From the NCBI GenBank assembly GCA_945937975.1, contig CAMEUD010000001.1:1-54498 (forward strand): a DNA stretch of 54,498 bases, given 5' to 3'. The notes beneath the pieces were generated by a model. That model saw nothing but the letters and a program-made list of their open reading frames with translations, was not told the origin of the DNA and did no database searches. Of the stretch, positions 48,045-54,498 are shown one piece after another. The position numbers and the translations under genes are program-made. Within the stretch, counting starts at the first letter, position 1, and each line of letters opens with the position of its first letter. Source of the stretch: an uncultured Clostridia bacterium (lineage in GTDB: Bacteria > Bacillota > Clostridia > Christensenellales > UBA1242).

Positions 48045-49235
48045 ATGAAATACAACAATGATAGACCATTAAGAGTTTTTACAACTTTCTCAGGATATGA
48101 TAGCCAATGTTTGGCATTGAAAAAAGCTGGCATCCCATTTGAACTTGTTGGATGGAGTGAAATTGAAAAAAGGGCTATTGACGCACATAATATTCTTTTT
48201 CCTCAATATTCAGATAAAAACTATGGTGACATCTGTAAAATAGATTGGTCACAAGTACCTGATTTTGATTTCTTTACATATAGTTCTCCTTGTCAGTCAT
48301 TTTCAATTGCAGGCTTAAAACAAGGTGGTGAGGAAGGTTCTGGAACAAAATCATCATTATTATGGGAATGTAAGAAGGCGATAGAAATCAAAAGACCAAA
48401 ATACTTGATGTTAGAAAATGTAAAAAATTTGGTGTCTAATAAATTCAAACCAACATTTGACAAATGGGTTTCTTATTTGGATTCACTTGGTTATACATCA
48501 TATTGGAAAGTATTAAATGGTGCAGACTATGGAATTCCGCAAGCAAGAGAAAGAGTGTTCTTGGTTTCTATTTTGAATCCAGAAGGTGATTTTGAATTTC
48601 CAAGACCAATTAAGTTGCAGAAGTGTATGAATGACTTTTTACAGAAGCCAAGTGAAATTCCTGAAAAATGTTATGTTAGTCAAGTTTGTATAGATGAATA
48701 TGTCAATAGTAATCCACATTTATTACAATTTGCGGGTGAAACAAATGATGATGAAATCGTGACACGAACGATAAATTCTGACAAATATACGGATGTTGTT
48801 AAAATGGGTAAACAAACAGAATTCGTATCACAAGTTGTTAAATCATTTGATGAAGAAATAGAAGTTAATTTATTTGGTGAAAAAAATAAAAAAGTTGATG
48901 TTGGTATGTATAATCAAATTCTACAGATAGGTAATATCCGAACAGATAGAGAAACATTTCCTAATCCACAATCAACAAGAATATATTCACCTAAAGGTTG
49001 TGCACCCACATTTACATTAGTTTATGCACCACTCATTTTTGTTAAAGAGAATGGGGTGTATAAAGTACGAGAAATGACTGGAGTTGAAGAAATGAGATTA
49101 ATAGGGGTTGAATATGATGATGTTCAAAAACTTGTTGATATGGGATTGGATAATACGAAATTATGTAAATTGGCTGGTAATTCCATCGTCGTAGATGTTA
49201 TGTCATATTTTTATAAAGAATTAATAAATTATTAA
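48045..49235 (+). CDS. DNA (cytosine-5) methyltransferase, complete
   Basis: Motifs are I LRVFTTFSGYDSQ, IV YSSPCQSFSIAG, VI MLENVKNL, VIII IPQARERVF, a TRD with CAPTFTLVYAP, IX VREMTGVEEMRLIGV and X LAGNSIVVDVM. A class-A motif ends 6 nt before the ATG. Confidence 0.85.
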   Translation: MKYNNDRPLRVFTTFSGYDSQCLALKKAGIPFELVGWSEIEKRAIDAHNILFPQYSDKNYGDICKIDWSQVPDFDFFTYSSPCQSFSIAGLKQGGEEGSGTKSSLLWECKKAIEIKRPKYLMLENVKNLVSNKFKPTFDKWVSYLDSLGYTSYWKVLNGADYGIPQARERVFLVSILNPEGDFEFPRPIKLQKCMNDFLQKPSEIPEKCYVSQVCIDEYVNSNPHLLQFAGETNDDEIVTRTINSDKYTDVVKMGKQTEFVSQVVKSFDEEIEVNLFGEKNKKVDVGMYNQILQIGNIRTDRETFPNPQSTRIYSPKGCAPTFTLVYAPLIFVKENGVYKVREMTGVEEMRLIGVEYDDVQKLVDMGLDNTKLCKLAGNSIVVDVMSYFYKELINY

Positions 49236-49247
49236 AAATAATAAGTT

Positions 49248-50102
49248 ATGAATAATAAAAAACCATATTATGATGAATTAGGAAATAATATTTTATATGT
49301 ATATAATACTCGACTAAAACTTCTCAAAAGTTGGGGGTATGATACAGATAAGATTATTGAATATTTAAGAAATAAACAATATCCTTCATATATAGAAGGT
49401 GTTTTATTTAACACAACAAACAGTAAGGAATTATATGAGAACTACTATGACTCTTGGGTTGAGTATTACAATATATCAAGTACATTTAACCAATATCGTT
49501 TAAAAGACAGAACTCCGTATTGTACATCAAAAGATCTATTAATGGATGGTTTATTCACATCAATTATGATTGATTTTTATAATAAAAAACATCCAGATAA
49601 ACCATTAATCATCAATGAACAAGATATGAATTTGGAATTAGTTACAAATGCATCACTTGCACCAGATTTCACACTTATGGATGGTAGGGTATATCTTGAA
49701 ATGAAAATCTGTAGTAATGGTGTAGATAGAGATGAAAAAAACAGAAATACATTTCAGTCTACATCTATCACTATTAGGGGTGAGGACGTAGAACGCATGT
49801 ATAAAAGATATGGTATTTATCAAGATAGACCCTTTTATTATTTGTTTATAAACCATACAGATAAACAATTAGTAGTTATTAAATATAATAAATTTAAAAA
49901 TAGTCATAATGGTCCTAATGGACAAAATGATGGTTCGATATATGCGAATCCAAAAATATTTAAACCTATTAAATCTCCAAATGGTGAAGTTGTAAATTAT
50001 GAAGAGATTGGTACACATTTACATTCATTTAATACACTAGATGAATTTATAGATGCTTTATATAAAGAAATAAATTATATATATAGATATGAAAATCGTT
50101 AA
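49248..50102 (+). CDS. PD-(D/E)XK-motif protein (candidate restriction or homing-type nuclease)
   Basis: 284 aa, starting 12 nt after the MTase stop and overlapping the dUTPase start. LAPDFTLMDGRVYLEMKI is a canonical PD..(10)..ExK arrangement and is similar to YQPDFLINGKLYEIKG of ORF 12825. I have no other recognisable motif, so the call rests on this short motif alone. Confidence 0.35.
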   Translation: MNNKKPYYDELGNNILYVYNTRLKLLKSWGYDTDKIIEYLRNKQYPSYIEGVLFNTTNSKELYENYYDSWVEYYNISSTFNQYRLKDRTPYCTSKDLLMDGLFTSIMIDFYNKKHPDKPLIINEQDMNLELVTNASLAPDFTLMDGRVYLEMKICSNGVDRDEKNRNTFQSTSITIRGEDVERMYKRYGIYQDRPFYYLFINHTDKQLVVIKYNKFKNSHNGPNGQNDGSIYANPKIFKPIKSPNGEVVNYEEIGTHLHSFNTLDEFIDALYKEINYIYRYENR

Positions 50103-50583
50103 TATTAAATTTAAGAAACTTGATGAAAATGCTGTAATTCCTTCATATGCACATTATGGTGATGTTGGAATGGATATGACTGCAATTGACTTGGAATATG
50201 ATGTAGAACATGATTGTTATATTTACCATACGGGTATCGCTATGGAATCCGATTATGGTTTTGGAGCATTCTTGTTCCCAAGAAGTTCAAATTGTAAGAC
50301 AGAAGCATATCTCACTAATCATGTGGGTATTGGGGATTCAGCAATTTATAGAGGTGAAATCCAATTCCGTTTTAAAAACCGTAATCCTTATAGGAAGTCT
50401 TTTTGGGAGTGGATTACAAGAAAAGTGAATGTTAAGAGAGCATTGAAATTTGCACCATATGAAGTTGGTGATAGAGTTGGTCAAATGGTTGTCCTTCCTT
50501 ATCCTATGGTTGAGAGTAAAGTAGTTGATGAACTCTCTGATTCTGTAAGAGGTTCTGGTGGTTTTGGGAGTACTGGTAAATAA
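50089..50583 (+). CDS. dut: dUTP diphosphatase (trimeric dUTPase)
   Basis: The five ordered motifs are GDVGMDM, FPRSSN, GIGDSAIYRGEI, GDRVGQMVV and RGSGGFGSTG. Confidence 0.85.
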   Translation: MKIVNIKFKKLDENAVIPSYAHYGDVGMDMTAIDLEYDVEHDCYIYHTGIAMESDYGFGAFLFPRSSNCKTEAYLTNHVGIGDSAIYRGEIQFRFKNRNPYRKSFWEWITRKVNVKRALKFAPYEVGDRVGQMVVLPYPMVESKVVDELSDSVRGSGGFGSTGK

Positions 50584-50587
50584 TACA

Positions 50588-50615
50588 AAGAGAGTGTTTT
50601 TTACTCTCTTTTTTT
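50588..50615 (+). terminator. Rho-independent terminator after dut
   Basis: AAGAGAGT - GTTTTTT - ACTCTCTT followed by a T-run, merging into the class-A motif. Confidence 0.75.
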
Positions 50616-50625
50616 GTTATTTTTA
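50613..50625 (+). promoter_or_regulatory. Class-A promoter-like motif TTTGTTATTTTTA
   Basis: It follows the dut terminator T-run, about 21 nt upstream of ATG 50647. Confidence 0.5.
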
Positions 50626-50646
50626 TAATAAATAATTATATGTAAA

Positions 50647-51753
50647 ATGAAACCATTATTTAAATATCCAGGCGGAAAATTTAATGAATATAATAATATT
50701 AAAAGATTTTTTCCAAAAATGATTGAAAACTATTTTGAACCATTTTTTGGAGCAGGTGGAGTATTTTTCAATTTAGTTAATGAACATAATATATTGGGTA
50801 ATACATATATAAATGATTATTCTGATAGTTTAATTGACTTCTATAAATCTGTGAAATCACAGGATTTTATTAATGAATTAGAGAAACTATATAATGCATG
50901 GGAGTATATTAAAGATTTTTCAGAAGAGTTTTTTAATATGTATGGTATGAAATTTGCAGAAATGTTATGTAATCATAACAAAGAACAATTTATAGATGAT
51001 GATATTTTTATCTATATTAAAAATAAAATAAATGTGTGTGATTATGATTTTCATGGATTTTCATTGATTGATAAAATTGTATTGTCAATCAATGATAAAT
51101 ATAAAAGATTTTCTAAAAAAGAATTAAAGTTTGATATTGAAGATACTGTATATAATTGTATAACAACAAGTATATGTCAAGCATTTTATTTTACAATAAG
51201 AGATATGTATAATGATTGGAATAATCATAATAATAAGCTCAAATATACTATATATGAAAGGAGTTCTCATTGGTTATTTATACGTGAATTCTGCTTTGGA
51301 TCTATGTTTAGATATAATTCTTCTGGTGATTTTAATGTACCATATGGAGGATTTGGATATAATTCTAAATGTTTTAAATGTAAAATAAACGCAATATCAA
51401 ATATTGATGTGAGAAATATCTTTAATCAAATAAGTATTGAGTGTTTAGATTTTGAAGATTTTATAAGTAATCATACATATGGAAATGATGATTTTATGTT
51501 TTTAGATCCACCATATGATTCTACATTTACAGATTATGATAAAAATAGTTTTACAAAAGATGATCATAAGAGATTAATGGAATGTCTTAAAAAATGTAAA
51601 TGTAAATGGTTAATGGCAATAGGTAAAACAGATTACATAATGGATTTATATAAGGATTTTAATATAATTGAATATGATAAAACATATATGTATCAAGCAA
51701 GAGGTAATTATGATAATAAACACACAAAACACATTATTGTAACAAATTATTAA
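50647..51753 (+). CDS. N6-adenine DNA methyltransferase, Dam/D12 class
   Basis: The N-terminal FKYPGGKFNEY..YFEPFFGAGGVFFNL is the SAM-binding motif. FMFLDPPYDSTF is the catalytic DPPY motif. It is longer than typical Dam because of an insertion between the motifs. Confidence 0.8.
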   Translation: MKPLFKYPGGKFNEYNNIKRFFPKMIENYFEPFFGAGGVFFNLVNEHNILGNTYINDYSDSLIDFYKSVKSQDFINELEKLYNAWEYIKDFSEEFFNMYGMKFAEMLCNHNKEQFIDDDIFIYIKNKINVCDYDFHGFSLIDKIVLSINDKYKRFSKKELKFDIEDTVYNCITTSICQAFYFTIRDMYNDWNNHNNKLKYTIYERSSHWLFIREFCFGSMFRYNSSGDFNVPYGGFGYNSKCFKCKINAISNIDVRNIFNQISIECLDFEDFISNHTYGNDDFMFLDPPYDSTFTDYDKNSFTKDDHKRLMECLKKCKCKWLMAIGKTDYIMDLYKDFNIIEYDKTYMYQARGNYDNKHTKHIIVTNY

Positions 51754-51757
51754 TATC

Positions 51758-51781
51758 AGGAAGGGATTTTCCTTCCTTTTT
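51758..51781 (+). terminator. Rho-independent terminator after the Dam-type MTase
   Basis: AGGAAGG - GATTTT - CCTTCCT followed by TTTT. Confidence 0.7.
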
Positions 51782-51822
51782 CATTCCATCATATCTCAAG
51801 TATTATCATATCACTCTTTTTT

Positions 51823-51867
51823 TTTGTTATTTTTATTTTGTTATGTCAAATATTTTTTGTATATTTG
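51823..51867 (+). promoter_or_regulatory. Three tandem class-A-like motifs (TTTGTTATTTTTA, TTTTGTTATGTC, TTTTTTGTATATTTG)
   Basis: Read directly from the sequence. The last copy ends about 23 nt upstream of ATG 51891. Confidence 0.4.
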
Positions 51868-51890
51868 CAGTGTAATTAAAAAAAGATAAA

Positions 51891-52316
51891 ATGAAACTAT
51901 ACGAAAAGAAAGTATATGAATGTGAACATTGTGGGAGGATAAGTAAGTCCGCTGGTGCAATGACACTTCATGAAAGGAGATGTAGGAAGAACCCAAATAT
52001 AAGACCATTGTGTTGGAAATGTAAACATTATCATACTGAATACAATGGTCTTGAACCAGCAACAGAATTGATTGAATGGTTAGATGGTTATGGATATGAT
52101 GGTCGTGAATTTAACGGTTCTTGTAAATTAAATGTGGTTATATGTTCTTGTGATAAAAAGAAGATGTTTAATCATATTGGTATTAAAAATGAACAACTTA
52201 AAGAAGAACTTTTAGAAAGAGATTGGAAATGTTCCCCTACAGAATCAGAAGGTTGTGAACATTTTAAAGATTTCAGTGAAGAATCTATGATTAAGGAAAA
52301 ATTGTTATCTTATTAA
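51891..52316 (+). CDS. Zinc-finger protein, function unknown (141 aa)
   Basis: YECEHCGRISKSAGAMTLHERRC is a C2H(C/H)-like finger, and there are further Cys pairs (CWKCKHYH). Tandem class-A-like motifs lie upstream. Confidence 0.45.
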   Translation: MKLYEKKVYECEHCGRISKSAGAMTLHERRCRKNPNIRPLCWKCKHYHTEYNGLEPATELIEWLDGYGYDGREFNGSCKLNVVICSCDKKKMFNHIGIKNEQLKEELLERDWKCSPTESEGCEHFKDFSEESMIKEKLLSY

Positions 52317-52338
52317 AGATATTAAAATGTAATTATAT

Positions 52339-53304
52339 ATGTCAGTAAAAAATTTAGACACAATATTGTGGACAGAAAAATATCGTCCCAATACTTTAGA
52401 TGGGTGTATTTTACCAAAGAGAATTAAGACAATGCTTGAAGATGGTGTTAAGATGAATATGTTATTTTATGGTACCGCTGGTATTGGTAAAACTACTACA
52501 GCGAAAGCACTATGTCATCAATTTGGTCACAATACACTTTATATTAATGGTTCAACAGAAAACTCTATTGATACTATTAGAACAAAGATTACAGATTTCG
52601 CACTGAATCAATCAATTCTTCATTATGACAATCCAATAAAAATTGTTTTGATTGATGAGTGTGATGGGTTTAGTCAACAAGCGTGGCAAGGTATGAGGGC
52701 AACAGTGGAACAATATGCCGCAAATACAAGATTCATTTTAACTGCAAATTATGAAAACAAGATACCAGATCCTATTAAGTCTCGTTTCCAGATGATTGAT
52801 TTTAATTTCACATCAGAAGAAACAAATGAGATTAAGAAGGGTCAGATACTTCGAGTTATTGACATTTGCAAGTCTGAAGGTATGACAATTGATAAAATGG
52901 CAGCGGTAAAAATGATTCAAAATTATTACCCTGATATGCGTTCAATCGTTAATCATCTACAGAAATATTATCTTGAAGGTAAGACCAATTTAACAGAATC
53001 TGATATCAAAGATTCAACCAGTGAATTTGCTGAACTGTATGATATGATCATCACAAAAGACAATCCTCTTGAAAACTACAAATTTGTAATGAAGAACTAT
53101 TCAAATTGTGTTGATGAGGTTGTCGCATCACTTGGTAACCCATTTATGGAATATATTATGAAGTCCAAACCTAATCTTATAGGTAAACTTCCGATTATTG
53201 CGGTACTTAATGCCAAATATCAAATGAATTTAAAAAATTGTATTGATCCAGTTATTGTTGCACTGGCGAACATTTATGAATTACAAATGGAAATTCAGAA
53301 ATAA
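52339..53304 (+). CDS. Clamp loader AAA+ subunit (T4 gp44-like / RFC small subunit-like)
   Basis: LWTEKYRPNTLDGCILP aligns with T4 gp44 EQKYRPSTIDECILP. The Walker A region GTAGIGKTTTAKALCHQ aligns with GTGKTTVAKALCHD. It also has Walker B VLIDECD and SRF. Confidence 0.85.
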   Translation: MSVKNLDTILWTEKYRPNTLDGCILPKRIKTMLEDGVKMNMLFYGTAGIGKTTTAKALCHQFGHNTLYINGSTENSIDTIRTKITDFALNQSILHYDNPIKIVLIDECDGFSQQAWQGMRATVEQYAANTRFILTANYENKIPDPIKSRFQMIDFNFTSEETNEIKKGQILRVIDICKSEGMTIDKMAAVKMIQNYYPDMRSIVNHLQKYYLEGKTNLTESDIKDSTSEFAELYDMIITKDNPLENYKFVMKNYSNCVDEVVASLGNPFMEYIMKSKPNLIGKLPIIAVLNAKYQMNLKNCIDPVIVALANIYELQMEIQK

Positions 53305-53312
53305 TATAAAAC

Positions 53313-53336
53313 AAGAGTTTTATTACATACTCTTTT
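53313..53336 (+). terminator. Weak terminator-like hairpin
   Basis: AAGAGT and ACTCTT enclose a 10-nt loop and are followed by TTT, merging into the class-A motif. Confidence 0.35.
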
Positions 53337-53346
53337 GTTATATTTA
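53334..53346 (+). promoter_or_regulatory. Class-A promoter-like motif TTTGTTATATTTA
   Basis: It follows a weak hairpin, about 23 nt upstream of ATG 53370. Confidence 0.5.
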
Positions 53347-53369
53347 ATTCAGAATTATTAATATATAAT

Positions 53370-54498
53370 ATGGGGAAAATCTATAAAGACATTGTTGAAA
53401 ACAATTCATCAACAGATATTCAAGATTTGATTGATTCTTTGAATAAAGTGACTTATATTTTTAGTGGTAGAGATGATATTTTATTTAGAGATAATGAAAT
53501 TGACAGAATCTATAACATTATGCACAAAAATGGATATAGGTCTGTATTATTAGTTGGTGATAAGGGATGTGGTAAAGTTTCAATAATTGAAGGTTATATA
53601 CAACGACTCACGAAAGAGTTAAGTAATGAAATTGTTATGACTGTTGATTATGATGAAATTTTAAAAACAATTTCTGGAACAAATGAATTTACAAAAATAA
53701 TTGGTGACATAATTTATGCTGCTGAACAAACTGATTATAATATTATTCTAAATATTAATAATTTGGGTCATTTATTGAATCAGAATTGTTATGGTAATGG
53801 TGGATACTTATTGTTTAACAATATTACAAAAGCGATTAAAGATTCTAACATTCGTGTTATCGCCACGACTACAAATGATGAATATAAACAAATTGAAGAA
53901 AATTTTCAATATCTTTTAGATAATTTCACTACAATTAAATTAACAGAACTCACACAAGAACAAAGTGCGGAGATTCTAAAAAATGAAATTGATGATTACG
54001 GAGAACATTTTAATTTAAAATTACCTGAAGGGATTGAAAATATCATTTGTAAATGTGCAGATAAATACATTAAAGATAAACCATTTCCACTAAAGGGTGA
54101 ATTATTATTAGATGAAGTTTGTGCATCAATTAGTAGTAAAAAATCAGTAAATACAAAAATTCAAAATTTAAATGCAAAAATTAATGAATTAAAATTGGAT
54201 TTGGCTGAATCTTTACAGAATAATAATTATGTTCAATGTGAAGAAATCAATAAAAAAATTGAAAAATTAAATAAATCAATTGATAAGTATCAATCAAAAC
54301 AAGAAATAATCAATGTAAGTGAACATGATATTCTTGAGGCCATCGGAAGTATTGTTGGTGTTAAAATGTCTAAACTATCTAAAAATCAAACAGAATTTTT
54401 AAAAGAGATGCCTATTGAACTCAAGAATAATGTTATTGGTCAAGATGAGACTATTGATATTATTGTGAAAAATATCCGTAGAAATCAACTTGGTTTGA
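53370..54498 (+). CDS. ClpA/ClpB/ClpC-type AAA+ ATPase, 3' end cut by window edge
   Basis: It is open from ATG 53370 to the window end, and is not in the ORF track because it has no stop. LLVGDKGCGKVSIIEGYIQRL aligns with the Clp D1 Walker A region. RVIATTTNDEYKQ aligns with RCIGATT.DEYRK. VSEHDILEAIGSIVGVKMSKL....LKNNVIGQDETIDIIVKNIRRNQLG is the typical D1-D2 junction and the start of D2. Confidence 0.7.
   Translation, partial: MGKIYKDIVENNSSTDIQDLIDSLNKVTYIFSGRDDILFRDNEIDRIYNIMHKNGYRSVLLVGDKGCGKVSIIEGYIQRLTKELSNEIVMTVDYDEILKTISGTNEFTKIIGDIIYAAEQTDYNIILNINNLGHLLNQNCYGNGGYLLFNNITKAIKDSNIRVIATTTNDEYKQIEENFQYLLDNFTTIKLTELTQEQSAEILKNEIDDYGEHFNLKLPEGIENIICKCADKYIKDKPFPLKGELLLDEVCASISSKKSVNTKIQNLNAKINELKLDLAESLQNNNYVQCEEINKKIEKLNKSIDKYQSKQEIINVSEHDILEAIGSIVGVKMSKLSKNQTEFLKEMPIELKNNVIGQDETIDIIVKNIRRNQLGL

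Noticed and set aside
1-54498. Search for tRNA, rRNA, CRISPR arrays, integrase/attachment sites, transposases, a DGR reverse transcriptase or template repeats, and invertible fibre segments.
   Set aside because: No intergenic gap is long enough or has cloverleaf-like structure. No regularly spaced repeat-spacer array exists. No recombinase or RT motifs were seen. The fibre cassette boundaries are terminators and promoters, not inverted-repeat recombination sites. Absence is judged by eye only.
1-54498. Stop-codon reassignment (TAG or TGA recoding), as seen in some large gut phages.
   Set aside because: Long ORFs with recognisable domains are intact under the standard code and end next to terminators or coupled starts. 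The short MTase pieces begin with ATGs at sensible domain boundaries and are not separated by single in-frame stops.

Overview
This 54.5-kb window is a strongly AT-rich fragment of a large tailed dsDNA phage (myovirus type). It has T4-superfamily core genes in a non-T4 order. Recognisable by motif are: a contractile sheath (5' end cut by the window), a gp20-like portal, a gp21-like prohead protease fused to a repeat-built scaffold, a gp23-like major capsid protein, a two-subunit type II topoisomerase (gp39/gp52-like), a gp44-like clamp loader, ThyX, dUTPase, a DEDDh exonuclease, a Dam-type N6A methyltransferase, several C5 methyltransferase genes or gene pieces, a metallophosphoesterase, a DUF1704-type metalloprotease, a ComF-like phosphoribosyltransferase-domain protein, collagen/collar-type and repeat-type fibre proteins, two giant ORFs (1974 and 1781 aa), and a Clp-type AAA+ ATPase that runs off the 3' edge. 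I saw no rRNA, tRNA, CRISPR array, integrase or transposase.

The genome is organised as compact cassettes: a purine-left/pyrimidine-right hairpin terminator, then a T-run, then one of two recurrent promoter-like motifs. Class A is TTTGTTAT(A/T)TTTA, which looks like an extended -10. Class B is (TTTT)CATAAATA, which looks like a T4 late promoter. Shine-Dalgarno sequences are essentially absent. Six class-A motifs sit 6-7 nt from the ATG, which suggests leaderless mRNAs.

The most unusual content:
1. A methyltransferase island (28.3-32.4 kb) built from one complete C5-MTase, one catalytic half (motifs I-VIII), two alternative TRD+IX+X halves, three TRD-only mini-ORFs and a miniature MTA/SAH-nucleosidase-like gene.
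2. Four paralogous free-standing nuclease genes (shared zinc-ribbon-like N-domain, 23-aa K.YG repeats, PD-(D/E)XK core) wedged next to the sheath, portal and capsid genes.
3. A C5-MTase followed by a PD-ExK ORF, which may be a phage-borne R-M pair.

All functional calls come from reading motifs by eye. No database search was possible.
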